Shown: positions 17,788-27,767 of the stretch, piece by piece
Layout: the number at the start of each line of letters is the position of its first letter
Position numbering within the stretch: the stretch's first letter is position 1
Program-made: the position numbers and the translations under genes
Origin: an uncultured bacterium
Lineage (GTDB): Bacteria; Patescibacteriota; Patescibacteriia; Patescibacteriales; UBA12465
NCBI GenBank assembly: GCA_903945435.1
Contig: CAJAVM010000003.1
Span: 1,352-65,351 of the forward strand
DNA: 64,000 nucleotides
Direction: 5' to 3'
The notes under the pieces: model-generated
What the model was told of the DNA's origin: nothing
The model's database searches: none
The model's input: the letters and a program-made list of their open reading frames with translations, nothing else

Positions 17788-20700
17788 ATGTCTTTTGTTC
17801 ACCTGCACAATCATACTCACTATTCTTTACTTGACGGCTTAACTAAGCTGGACGAGATGGTTAACTATGCCAAAGAACAAGGTTCGCCAGCGGTAGCAAT
17901 TACTGATCATGGCTCTATGTATGGTGTTATAGAGTTCTATCAGAAGGCTAAAAAGGCCGGTATTAAGCCGATTGTTGGTGTAGAGGCATATTTAGCACCT
18001 GGTTCACGTTTTGATAAGAATACTAGAGAAGATGGGCGTAGTAACCATCTTCTTTTACTAGCAAAAAACAATGTAGGATATAAAAATTTAATAAAATTAG
18101 TCTCTAAGGCCTATATTGAAGGTTTTTATTATAAACCAAGAATTGATTGGGATTTATTAGTAGAATTCCATGAAGGAATTATTGCTTCAACGGCTTGTTT
18201 AGCTGGTGAAATTCCACGCTTAATAATGTCTGATAAATTAGCTGAAGCCGAGAAGCGAATCCTTGAGTACAACACTCTATTTGGCCAGGATAATTTTTAT
18301 CTAGAGTTAATGGATCATCCAGAGATTCCAGAATTAGAAAAAGTTAATGCTGAATTAATTAAATTTTCTAAAAAATTAAAAATTCCGGTTATTGCTACCA
18401 ATGATGTTCATTATTTCAAAAAAGAAGATGCTGAAGCGCAAGATATTTTATTGTGTCTGCAGAATAAAAAGAAAATCACTGATACCGATAGAATGAAGAT
18501 GTTGGGACATGGTGATTATTCAATGCGTTCTAACGCGGAGATGATCGAAGCTTTTAAACATATTCCTGAAGCTATTGAAAATACTTTAAAAATCGCAGAA
18601 ATGTGTAATGTGGAAATTGCGCTTGGTGAAATTCAACTGCCGCATTTTGAAGTTCCTGATGGTTACGACGGAAACTCTTATTTAAAAGAATGGTGTGAAA
18701 AGGGAATTTTGAAAAGATATCCGGGTAAGCCTGACTCTGAATTAAAAGAAGTCTACGAGCGTCTTGAATATGAATTATCGGTTATTACAAAAATGGGCTG
18801 GCCTTCTTACTTTTTAATTGTCGCCGATTTTATCAATTGGGCCAAGGATAATAAAATTGTCGTTGGGCCAGGAAGAGGTAGCGCAGCCGGTTCTCTGGTA
18901 TGTTATTTGACCGGGATTACTAATCTTGACCCTTTAGAATATAATTTGCTGTTTGAACGATTTTTAAACCCGGAAAGAATATCAATGCCCGATATTGATA
19001 TGGATTTTGCTGATATTAGACGTGGCGAAGTTCTAAATTATGTTGGTGAAAAATATGGCCAGGACCATGTTGCTCAGATTATAACGTTCGGAACTATGGC
19101 GGCTAGAGCGGCGGTCCGTGATGTCGGTCGCGTTCTTGATGAGCCTTATGATTATTGCGATAAAATTTCTAAGAGTATTCCGATGTTTACTAAACTCGAA
19201 GAAGCTATTAGAACTGTTCCGGAACTTAAGGAAATGTATAATAACGAGGCGGCTGCTAAAAGAATTTTAGATTATGCTAAAAGATTAGAAGGTGTTGCTC
19301 GCCATGCCTCAACTCATGCTTGCGGAGTTTTGATTACCGACCAACCGTTGACCGAATATGTTCCTATCCAGCACGCTTCTTCGGCTGATGAAAGTGTTAT
19401 TTCTCAATATTCACTTCACCCCATTGAAGATTTAGGACTTTTGAAGATGGACTTCTTGGGTCTTAAAAATTTAACGATTATTGAATCGGCCTTGAAGATT
19501 ATTAAAAATACTAGAGGTCTTGATATTGATATTGATAAAATTCCTCTCAACGATGAAAATACTTATAAATTATTTCAAGCTGGCGAAACAACTGGCGTAT
19601 TTCAATTTGAATCATCAGGGATGAAACGTTATCTTCGTGATTTAAAACCAACTATTTTTGAAGATATTATTGCCATGGTTGCTTTATATCGCCCTGGTCC
19701 CATGGAATGGATTCCTGATTATATTGCCGGAAAACATAAAATAAAAAAAGTTGCCTATTTACACCCGAAATTAGAAAGTATTTTAGAAAATACTTATGGG
19801 GTAGCTATTTATCAGGAGCAGGTTATGCAAATTGCTCGCGATTTAGCAGGTTTTACTATGGGCCAAGCGGATGTTTTAAGAAAAGCCATGGGTAAAAAAA
19901 TAGTTTCTCTACTAGCTGAACAAAAAGAAAAGTTTGTAGAGGGTTGCGTTAAAAATGGTGTTTATAAAGAATTAGCTGAAAAAGTTTTTTCATTTATAGA
20001 ACCTTTTGCTGGTTATGGTTTTAATCGTAGCCATGCCGCTTGTTATGCGATGATTGGTTATCAAACCGCTTATTTAAAGGCTCATTGGCCAGTAGAGTTT
20101 ATGGCCGCGTTACTCACTTCTGATCAGGGGGATACCGATAGAATTGCAATTGAAATTGAAGAATGTCGTAATATGGGCATAAAAATCATGGCGCCGGATG
20201 TTAATGAATCATTTGGAACTTTTACAGTTGTAACCGCTGGAACTAAAGAAAATAAAATTGTTGCCCCTGATGAAAAAGTAGATACAATTCGTTTTGGGCT
20301 TAAGGCTATTAAAAATGTAGGCGAACATATAGTTGATGCCTTAATTAAGGAGCGTAAAGAAAACGGAATTTATCTAGATATCTTTAATTTATTAGAAAGA
20401 GTAACTGATAGAGATTTAAATAAAAAATCTTTAGAAAGTTTAGTTAAGAGTGGCGCTATGGATGGTTTTGGAACTCGCGGTTCGCTTTTAGCTAATATGG
20501 AAAAATTTTTAAATTTCAATAAAGAAGAAGCAAAAAATAAGGATAGTTTGCAAGCCAGCTTGTTCGGAGAACTAAAAACTGAAGATAAAAGTCGTCCAAT
20601 TTTAAAAGATGCGGCTGATGCGGAACAAAACGAAAAATTAACCTGGGAAAAAGAGTTGCTAGGATTATATGTTAGCGAACATCCATTTAATTATTTTAAA

Positions 20701-21396
20701 CCGTTTGTTGCTGGCTACGCTATCCCGATTATTAGTCTAGCTGGTCATAAAGGTGATGATAGAATTATTATGGCCGGGGTAATCGCTACTATTAAAAAAA
20801 TCATTACTCGAAAAGGGGAATCGATGATTTTTGTAAAAATTGAAGATGCGGTTGCTTCAACAGAAATTTTAGTTTTTCCTAGACTCTATAAAGAAACCAT
20901 GGAACTCTGGCAGGAGGGAAGAACGGTTATAATTGAAGGAAAGGCTTCCGAAAAGGATAGTGATTTAAAAATTTTAGCTAATCGCGCCATTATCTTAGAT
21001 TTTAATAATCCCCAAAAATCTGTTGATGATTTTAAAAGATTAATGTTAGAGTCGCCAACTCCAATTCGTCGTACATTTGGAAATGGTAGTTATCCATCAT
21101 CAGCAAAAAAGACAACTACATCTGCGGCCCCCTTAAAAATAAGTCCAACCCCTGCTCCAGTGATGCCATCCATCAACCCTTTGTTATTAGTTTTTTTGAA
21201 AGACTTAACAGCTAATGATTTAAATGAAATGCGTCAGTTGTTTTCTTCTTTTCCGGGAGAACAAGAAGTTTATTTTAGAATTATAGAAGCGGGAAAATAT
21301 AAAATTATTAAAACTGCATTTAGAGTTTTAAATGATGAGCTATTAAAAACAGAAATTAAAGAAAAATTTTCTTCTACAATCAAGATTGCCGGCTAA
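17788..21396 (+). CDS. dnaE: DNA polymerase III alpha subunit
   Basis: HLHNHTHYSLLDG, GPGRGSAAGS, MPDIDMDF and KMDFLGL; length is normal, so no intein is evident. Confidence 0.98.
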   Translation: MSFVHLHNHTHYSLLDGLTKLDEMVNYAKEQGSPAVAITDHGSMYGVIEFYQKAKKAGIKPIVGVEAYLAPGSRFDKNTREDGRSNHLLLLAKNNVGYKNLIKLVSKAYIEGFYYKPRIDWDLLVEFHEGIIASTACLAGEIPRLIMSDKLAEAEKRILEYNTLFGQDNFYLELMDHPEIPELEKVNAELIKFSKKLKIPVIATNDVHYFKKEDAEAQDILLCLQNKKKITDTDRMKMLGHGDYSMRSNAEMIEAFKHIPEAIENTLKIAEMCNVEIALGEIQLPHFEVPDGYDGNSYLKEWCEKGILKRYPGKPDSELKEVYERLEYELSVITKMGWPSYFLIVADFINWAKDNKIVVGPGRGSAAGSLVCYLTGITNLDPLEYNLLFERFLNPERISMPDIDMDFADIRRGEVLNYVGEKYGQDHVAQIITFGTMAARAAVRDVGRVLDEPYDYCDKISKSIPMFTKLEEAIRTVPELKEMYNNEAAAKRILDYAKRLEGVARHASTHACGVLITDQPLTEYVPIQHASSADESVISQYSLHPIEDLGLLKMDFLGLKNLTIIESALKIIKNTRGLDIDIDKIPLNDENTYKLFQAGETTGVFQFESSGMKRYLRDLKPTIFEDIIAMVALYRPGPMEWIPDYIAGKHKIKKVAYLHPKLESILENTYGVAIYQEQVMQIARDLAGFTMGQADVLRKAMGKKIVSLLAEQKEKFVEGCVKNGVYKELAEKVFSFIEPFAGYGFNRSHAACYAMIGYQTAYLKAHWPVEFMAALLTSDQGDTDRIAIEIEECRNMGIKIMAPDVNESFGTFTVVTAGTKENKIVAPDEKVDTIRFGLKAIKNVGEHIVDALIKERKENGIYLDIFNLLERVTDRDLNKKSLESLVKSGAMDGFGTRGSLLANMEKFLNFNKEEAKNKDSLQASLFGELKTEDKSRPILKDAADAEQNEKLTWEKELLGLYVSEHPFNYFKPFVAGYAIPIISLAGHKGDDRIIMAGVIATIKKIITRKGESMIFVKIEDAVASTEILVFPRLYKETMELWQEGRTVIIEGKASEKDSDLKILANRAIILDFNNPQKSVDDFKRLMLESPTPIRRTFGNGSYPSSAKKTTTSAAPLKISPTPAPVMPSINPLLLVFLKDLTANDLNEMRQLFSSFPGEQEVYFRIIEAGKYKIIKTAFRVLNDELLKTEIKEKFSSTIKIAG

Positions 21397-21491
21397 AGTA
21401 ATTGTTTTGATTTTAATTTTTTGCTATAATGAAGTAGACTATAAAAAGTTAACTTCATTTTTGTTATAAATTTTAAATTCTCTTTTATCTT

Positions 21492-23078
21492 ATGCCAAGA
21501 CCAAGAAAAACCGAGCTCGTTTCGGCTTCGTCTCCCGTGATTAAGGCTAAAAAAATTATTAAAAAGCCAATTAAAAAAGCTGCGCCTATTAAAAAAGCGA
21601 AGCCTGTTATTATTGATGTAATTGAAGATGATGACGATGATATTATAAATAGTAGTAACTTTTTTTCTGATGAGTCTCTTGCTAAAAGTAAGTTTGCAAC
21701 TACAGTCGAGTCGCATCAGGCTCAAAATAAAGTAGAAATAAACAATGAAGATATTGAGAGTTTAGAAAAATGGGAAACTCCAGAACAAAATAAACTTGAT
21801 GATACTATGAGTTTAGAAGAAGATAATCATGATATTCAAAAAAAGTTTTTTTCTGATTTAGCCTCTGAGATGAAAAATAAAAATACAGAAAATAGTTTTC
21901 CTGTAAAAAATGATACCCCGTTCACAGATAGGGTTAATAATATGCCTCCTCGAAAAAGCGTGGGGCTTTATCGTCGTTTAGCTTGGAAATTTTTAATGAT
22001 GGTTGGGTTATTGGCATTATTAGTTCTATATTTTTCTTTTTCTAAATTAACCGTTTTAATTACGCCTGAAGTTGAAGCAATGAGTGATACTTTATTTATG
22101 CGAGTTGGTAATGAAACCGCTACTTCTAGTACGGAGGTAAGTGATCCTAGAGAAAAAGTGAGTGGTTCCGTTAATGAATTTGAGGTAGAGGTCGAAAAAA
22201 CTTACGATGCTCAGGGTAGTGAAACTTTAGGTGAAGACTTAAGCGGTAAGGTAACAATTATTAATAATTATATTAAATCACAGCAGTTAATTGCTACTAC
22301 AAGACTATTATCAAGCGATAATAAATTATTTCGACTGAAAGAAGCGGTTAATATTCCAGCTGGTGGTAAGGTAGAGGTCGAAGTATATGCTGATAAAGTT
22401 TCTGCTGATATGGCTATTGAGCCTACTCATTTTACTATTCCAGGACTTTGGGTTGGTCTTCAAGATAAAATCTATGCTGAAAGCGAAGAGGCCTTTGTTT
22501 ATGGTGAAAAACAACGGCAATATGTTAGAGTTGTAGATATCCAAGCGGCAACTGATGATATTCAAGAATTACTTTTAAAGAAAGCGGAAGAAAATAAAAC
22601 ATTACGAAGTCAAGATGAGGTTTTATATCAAGTATTAGAACCAGGAACTACCACTGTTAGCGCTAAAGCGGGTGATAAAGTTAGTAAATTTATAGTCAAA
22701 GCTAAAGCGAAAGTAGTAGCAGTGGCTTTCTCTAGAGAGGAATCTGCTAAATTAGCTTCAGCTAAACTTAATATATTGGTTCCTGATGATAAAGAATTAG
22801 CTGAGTTTAAAACCGAAAGTTTATCATATTCTTTAGAAAACTATGATGAAAAAAATAAAGTAGCAACCGTTAAAGCTTCTTTTTCGGGTTTAATGTTGCT
22901 CAAGAGTGATGCTAATATTATCGACAGAACTCGTTTGGTTAATTTAAATGCTGAGCAAATTTCTGCTTATTTAAGTGATTATCCCGAAATAGGGAATTAT
23001 GAACTTAAGTTTTATCCATCTTTTGTAAAAAGGGCTCCGAATTTAGTAGATAGAATAGAAGTTAAAATTAAGAATTAA
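21492..23078 (+). CDS. Single-pass membrane protein with a Lys-rich N-terminus and a baseplate-J-like extracellular region
   Basis: One TM; segment SGKVTIIN...TRL...LFRL..AVNIP.G..EVEVYAD resembles baseplate J-like domains. Confidence 0.6.
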   Translation: MPRPRKTELVSASSPVIKAKKIIKKPIKKAAPIKKAKPVIIDVIEDDDDDIINSSNFFSDESLAKSKFATTVESHQAQNKVEINNEDIESLEKWETPEQNKLDDTMSLEEDNHDIQKKFFSDLASEMKNKNTENSFPVKNDTPFTDRVNNMPPRKSVGLYRRLAWKFLMMVGLLALLVLYFSFSKLTVLITPEVEAMSDTLFMRVGNETATSSTEVSDPREKVSGSVNEFEVEVEKTYDAQGSETLGEDLSGKVTIINNYIKSQQLIATTRLLSSDNKLFRLKEAVNIPAGGKVEVEVYADKVSADMAIEPTHFTIPGLWVGLQDKIYAESEEAFVYGEKQRQYVRVVDIQAATDDIQELLLKKAEENKTLRSQDEVLYQVLEPGTTTVSAKAGDKVSKFIVKAKAKVVAVAFSREESAKLASAKLNILVPDDKELAEFKTESLSYSLENYDEKNKVATVKASFSGLMLLKSDANIIDRTRLVNLNAEQISAYLSDYPEIGNYELKFYPSFVKRAPNLVDRIEVKIKN

Positions 23079-23104
23079 GTTACAAGTATTAAGTCTAGTT
23101 TTTC

Positions 23105-23131
23105 AAAAACGCTTCCAACCGGAAGCGTTTT
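23105..23131. terminator. Bidirectional terminator
   Basis: AAAAACGCTTCC-AACC-GGAAGCGTTTTT between convergent genes. Confidence 0.8.
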
Positions 23132-23172
23132 TATTTTTATATTTAAATTATTTAAAATGCTTTAAAGTTTAA

Positions 23173-24126
23173 TTAAAATAAACCAAGAAATTTTCCGTTT
23201 GTTTTTTGTTTGGTGATATGCTTATTTAAAAATATTTTTTCAGCTTCTGCTAGGGTTACATTCTTGATGATTAACGCGCTGATGGCACGAGCTAATCTTA
23301 CGGCTTCTTCTAGTGGGCGTTGATGTAGATTTCTACCGATTGCTAGTCCTGAGCTTTTACTGATTTCTAATTGTAGATTTAAAAAAGCAAGTAATTCTTT
23401 GGCTGGCTGTTTGCTTCCGCCAACACAAATAATTTTTGCACGTCCCGCCGCCTCAGTTACTTCCTTAAATTTCTTAGCGGCTAGCTTTTTATCTTTAAGC
23501 CCGTAAGGATATTTTACTTTAATAAAATCAGCGTCTAAACAGGCAGCAACTCCAGCGGCGCCAGCAATAGTATGAACATCTTCTTCTTTAATATCTTTTC
23601 CACGTGGATAAATCCAAATAATAGCCGCTAAACCAGCTTGATGAGCTTGAAAAATAGATTTGGCGGCCTGAGCAAGCATTTTTGCTTCATATTTACCGCC
23701 TAAATAAACCGTATAACCAATTCCGACAATCTTAAGGCCACTTTGTTTTTTAAAATCAACAATATTTTCTACCTTCCAAAATGGTTTGCTGGAATCCTGC
23801 TCTTCTTTAGTATTTAAATTTGTTTTACCATTAATTTTAACTATGTAGGGAAGATTACGATAATTTTTTCCGTACTTAGATATTAAGCCCAGATGAGTTG
23901 CTAAAACTCCCCCTTCTGAAGCAGCTGCAATTTTAAATAGATGTTCAGGGTTATTATCTTCGAGTGATATTTTTGCTCCATAGAAATCATCATTAAGATG
24001 TTCTACCTTCTGATCACCAGCAATCAAAAATAAATTTCCAGAGCCACCGGTCATAAGAGATATATTTTTTAAATATTCAACCCTTTTTTCGGGTTTAACA
24101 CTAAAAGGAACTAAAAAATCTTTCAT
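23173..24126 (-). CDS. Class I fructose-bisphosphate aldolase (DhnA/FbaB type)
   Basis: AGDQKVEH, WIYPRG, ADFIKVKYP (Schiff-base Lys) and AIGRNLHQ. Confidence 0.85.
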   Translation of the reverse strand: MKDFLVPFSVKPEKRVEYLKNISLMTGGSGNLFLIAGDQKVEHLNDDFYGAKISLEDNNPEHLFKIAAASEGGVLATHLGLISKYGKNYRNLPYIVKINGKTNLNTKEEQDSSKPFWKVENIVDFKKQSGLKIVGIGYTVYLGGKYEAKMLAQAAKSIFQAHQAGLAAIIWIYPRGKDIKEEDVHTIAGAAGVAACLDADFIKVKYPYGLKDKKLAAKKFKEVTEAAGRAKIICVGGSKQPAKELLAFLNLQLEISKSSGLAIGRNLHQRPLEEAVRLARAISALIIKNVTLAEAEKIFLNKHITKQKTNGKFLGLF

Positions 24127-24219
24127 ATATATTTATAAATTATGGCTAATATGCTATTATTATATTAAGTATTATAATTTTTAGAGTTAACTTTGATATA
24201 AAATTATTATAACATATTT

Positions 24220-25110
24220 ATGATAAAAGATGAAAATAAAAAAGATTCAGATTTAAACTCCTATCGAGATTTAGATGGTCTAACTTTAAGAGAAATGAAT
24301 GCTGGTTTATGGTTGTCTGAACATCGTAAGCTAATAACTAAAGCAATCACAATTTTTCTGATTATTATTTCAGCATTTTTTTTCATATATTCTTCATACG
24401 GTTACATAATATATTTCATAAACGGAAAGATCGATAACCAGGAAGAGGTTCAGGTTTTATCACCTAGAAATGTAGTTGCCCCTATAGAAGTTGCGCCAAT
24501 AGAGGTTTTTAAAAGTGGTGAAAAATATGATTTAGCTGTTCGTGTGAAAAATCCAAACGATAATTTTTCAGCTGAATTTAGTTATTGTATAAATCAGGGT
24601 GATGCTGAAGTATATTGTGATGAGGGTTTTATGTTGCCTTTAGATAATAAATATCTTTTAGCTTTAGCAACTACTGTTAATCCCACAAACGCAAATCTTG
24701 TATTTACTATTAAAGATATATTTTGGGTTCGTACTAATCGTAAGGAAATTCCTGATTGGAACGCCTTTTTACTAGAGCGGGTTAATTTTGAAATTGCAGA
24801 AGTAAAATTCTTAAGCGCTTCAAAAAGTGGTTTATCTGAGAATCTAAGACTTAATAGTTTAGAATTTAATGCTCTCAACCTTACGCCATACTCATATTAT
24901 CAAGTACCGTTTAATATATTTTTTTATGCTGGATCTGAATTGGTCGGCGTAGAGCGTCACGTAGCAACCGATGTAATGGCGGGTGAAAATCGTCAGATAA
25001 AAATTAGTTGGTCTGGTGATCTGGGTAATGTTAGTCGGATTGAGATAATTCCACAGATTAACGTAAATGATAAAGACGTATATTCTAAATATCAGGGACT
25101 AGGTCAGTAG
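24220..25110 (+). CDS. Membrane-anchored hypothetical protein with beta-rich extracellular domains
   Basis: One TM followed by YDLAVRVKNPN; directly adjacent to rodA. Confidence 0.65.
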   Translation: MIKDENKKDSDLNSYRDLDGLTLREMNAGLWLSEHRKLITKAITIFLIIISAFFFIYSSYGYIIYFINGKIDNQEEVQVLSPRNVVAPIEVAPIEVFKSGEKYDLAVRVKNPNDNFSAEFSYCINQGDAEVYCDEGFMLPLDNKYLLALATTVNPTNANLVFTIKDIFWVRTNRKEIPDWNAFLLERVNFEIAEVKFLSASKSGLSENLRLNSLEFNALNLTPYSYYQVPFNIFFYAGSELVGVERHVATDVMAGENRQIKISWSGDLGNVSRIEIIPQINVNDKDVYSKYQGLGQ

Positions 25111-25111
25111 T

Positions 25112-26218
25112 ATGCTTAATCGTTTAAAGGCTCATCTATATAAGTTTGATTGGATAATTATGGCTGCAGTTTTGCTGTTGGTCACTTTTGGTTTAGTAGA
25201 AATATATAGCGTTGCTTTAGGGCGAGAAAGTCTAGATTTATTAAATTTTCGCAAACAAATATTTTTTGCTGTTTTAGGATTTGTTCTATTATTTACCTTT
25301 TCTTTTGTTGACTATTACTTTTTAAAAAGTGTAAGTCGCTATTTGTTTTTCTTTGGAATTTTTCTTTTAGTCTCAGTTTTAATTTTTGGTGATACTGTTC
25401 GTGGAACCAAAGGGTGGTTTAATTTTGCAGGATTTAGTCTTCAGCCAGTAGAATTTATTAAAATTATTCTAATTTTATTCTTAGCTAATTATTTCTCTGG
25501 CTTAGCAATTAAAGTGAAAACGGTAAAACATTTTTTTGCTTCAGTTGCTTATACATTAGTATTTGTAGGTTTGGTTTTATTGCAGCCAGACTTTGGTTCA
25601 GCACTTATGCTTAGCTCTATTTGGTTGGTATTAATTATGGCGGCTGATTTTAATTTAAAATATTTTTTAGCTATTGGGTTAGCGGGTATCATTATTTTTA
25701 CTTCAGCTTGGTTTTTCTTTTTTAAGGATTACCAAAAGGAGCGAATTATGACACTTATTTCTCCGACAGCTGATTCTTTAGAATCTGGTTACAATAGCTC
25801 ACAAGCCATTATAGCGATTGGGTCTGGCGGTTTAATGGGTAAGGGTGTAGGTTTTGGCTCTCAATCACAGTTAAAATTCTTACCTGAGGCCCAAAATGAC
25901 TTCATTTTTGCTGTTATTGCCGAGGAGTTAGGCTTTTTAGGGGTTTTCTTGGTATTGGGGTTTTATTTTATTCTTTTCTTTCGTTGTTTTAACGTTTTAA
26001 AGAAAATTAACAATGATTTCGGAATTTATTGCCTAATTGGAGCTAGCGGCTTGATTTTTATTCAAATGTTTATTAATATTGGTATGAACTTAGGCATCAT
26101 GCCAGTTGTTGGTTTGCCACTACCTTTTATCAGCTATGGCGGGAGCTCGCTCCTATCCCTGATGATACTTGTTGGTATAATGCAAAATATTATTATTAAA
26201 TCAAAAACTAGATACTAA
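25112..26218 (+). CDS. rodA: SEDS-family peptidoglycan glycosyltransferase RodA
   Basis: LQPVEFIK, LQPDFGSA, YQKERI, LPEAQNDFIF and GLPLPFISYGGSS. Confidence 0.92.
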   Translation: MLNRLKAHLYKFDWIIMAAVLLLVTFGLVEIYSVALGRESLDLLNFRKQIFFAVLGFVLLFTFSFVDYYFLKSVSRYLFFFGIFLLVSVLIFGDTVRGTKGWFNFAGFSLQPVEFIKIILILFLANYFSGLAIKVKTVKHFFASVAYTLVFVGLVLLQPDFGSALMLSSIWLVLIMAADFNLKYFLAIGLAGIIIFTSAWFFFFKDYQKERIMTLISPTADSLESGYNSSQAIIAIGSGGLMGKGVGFGSQSQLKFLPEAQNDFIFAVIAEELGFLGVFLVLGFYFILFFRCFNVLKKINNDFGIYCLIGASGLIFIQMFINIGMNLGIMPVVGLPLPFISYGGSSLLSLMILVGIMQNIIIKSKTRY

Positions 26219-26222
26219 AATT

Positions 26223-26846
26223 ATGGAATTAACATTATTAGCACAAAAGCGCGAAAAGAATGAAAAATTGGATAAAGATTCGTTAGCTGCGGTTGTATAT
26301 GGAAAAGGAATTGAAGCTCAAAGTTTAAAATTAAAAAAAGCTGATTTTGAAAAAGTATTTGCCGCTGCTGGCGAATCAAATTTAATTAAGCTTGATCTAG
26401 GAACTAGCTCCGTTAATGTTGTTGTTAAAGATTTACAAAAAGATGCTATAAAAAATTTCTTTACCCATGTTGATTTTTATCAAGTAAACATGAAGGAAAA
26501 AATTACTGCAGAAATTCCTTTGCACTTTATTGGCGAATCTAAGGCTGTTAAAGAATTGGGCGGAATGTTAAATAAAGAAATGCATGAAGTTGAAGTAGAA
26601 TGTTTACCTGGAGATTTAGTTGATCATATTGAAATTGATATTTCTGTTTTAAATACTTTTGATGACGAAATTAGAATGAAAGACCTAAAACTTCCTAAGG
26701 GTGTAGAGCTTGTTTCAGAAACAGACGATATTATCGCTATGATTATGAGGCCAAAACTTGAAGAAGAAGAACCAGCTGTCTCTGCTTCAGTCACGGCCGC
26801 TACTCCTGCTGCTGCAACTCCAGCCACTCCAGCACCTAAGAAATAA
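26223..26846 (+). CDS. rplY: 50S ribosomal protein L25 (CTC form)
   Basis: AVVYG, HVDFYQV, the CTC beta domain and an Ala-rich tail. Confidence 0.93.
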   Translation: MELTLLAQKREKNEKLDKDSLAAVVYGKGIEAQSLKLKKADFEKVFAAAGESNLIKLDLGTSSVNVVVKDLQKDAIKNFFTHVDFYQVNMKEKITAEIPLHFIGESKAVKELGGMLNKEMHEVEVECLPGDLVDHIEIDISVLNTFDDEIRMKDLKLPKGVELVSETDDIIAMIMRPKLEEEEPAVSASVTAATPAAATPATPAPKK

Positions 26847-26865
26847 TTTCTTTCTCAATCTATAT

Positions 26866-26898
26866 AAAAAAGAGCTTTCTTGCGAAGGCTCTTTTTTT
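26866..26898. terminator. Bidirectional terminator
   Basis: AAAAAAGAGCTTTC/GAAGGCTCTTTTTT. Confidence 0.75.
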
Positions 26899-26909
26899 GG
26901 TTTTTATTT

Positions 26910-27767
26910 TTATTGGTTAATTTCTACTATAGCGAAGCGATTATTTTTTCTTAAATCTTTTATTATCTTAAGTCGACTCTTTAACAATTGTTTCTTAATT
27001 ATTTCTTTTATTTCTTTAGTTTGCTCTGGGTCAATTTCTAGAATTAAGAATAGGGAAGTAAATTTTATTTTTTTTAAATCTTTCAATAATTGTCTATAAT
27101 ATTTTAGACCATCTTTTCCAGCTTCAAGAGCTAATTTAGGCTCGCAACTAATACTTGGTTCTGCTTTTACCTGAGCAGGAGTTAAATATGGTAAATTAGC
27201 CGCTATTACTAAATTTTGTCCGATTAAGTTTTCCGACTTTAGGGAATTTAATAAATCGCTTTTAATGAAGCTAATTTTCTTATCTAATTTTTGTTGTTGA
27301 GCATTTTGCCTTGCTACTTTTAAGGCCGCCCTAGAAATATCTAAAGCAGTAAAAGAATGTTGTTCATATTTCACTGGGTATTTTAGTAAACAATTTTTTG
27401 CTAAAGAAACTATAATAGCGCCAGAGCCAGTCCCGATATCTATAAAAGATAGTTTTTCAGTTTGAACCTTAATTTGTTCTAATAAAATATCAACTATCAT
27501 TTCCGTTTCTGGGCGGGGAACTAGAACGTTTTTATTGACTTGAAAGTCTAAGCCATAAAACTCTTTACTCCCGGTTATATAAGAAATCGGCCAATTAGCT
27601 AGTCTTTTTTTCTCAGCCAACGTAAAAGCACGAGTTTGAGTTGTTGTAACTTTATATTCCGGATGGATAATAATAAATTCTCGTTCTTTTTTTAATATAA
27701 AAGCGATAAGTATTTCGGCTTCTAAATGAGAAAGGGATGATTGTTGAATTATTTGTTTTAAATTCAT
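26910..27767 (-). CDS. prmC: Release factor glutamine methyltransferase
   Basis: VLVPRPETE, DIGTGSGAI and ANLPY; adjacent to prfA. Confidence 0.93.
   Translation of the reverse strand: MNLKQIIQQSSLSHLEAEILIAFILKKEREFIIIHPEYKVTTTQTRAFTLAEKKRLANWPISYITGSKEFYGLDFQVNKNVLVPRPETEMIVDILLEQIKVQTEKLSFIDIGTGSGAIIVSLAKNCLLKYPVKYEQHSFTALDISRAALKVARQNAQQQKLDKKISFIKSDLLNSLKSENLIGQNLVIAANLPYLTPAQVKAEPSISCEPKLALEAGKDGLKYYRQLLKDLKKIKFTSLFLILEIDPEQTKEIKEIIKKQLLKSRLKIIKDLRKNNRFAIVEINQ

Noticed and set aside
15890-17790. parS site or replication origin near parAB
   Set aside because: No TGTTTCACGTGAAACA-like palindrome or DnaA-box cluster was seen by eye
17788-21396. Intein in dnaE
   Set aside because: Length and motif spacing are normal; no intein splice motifs are evident
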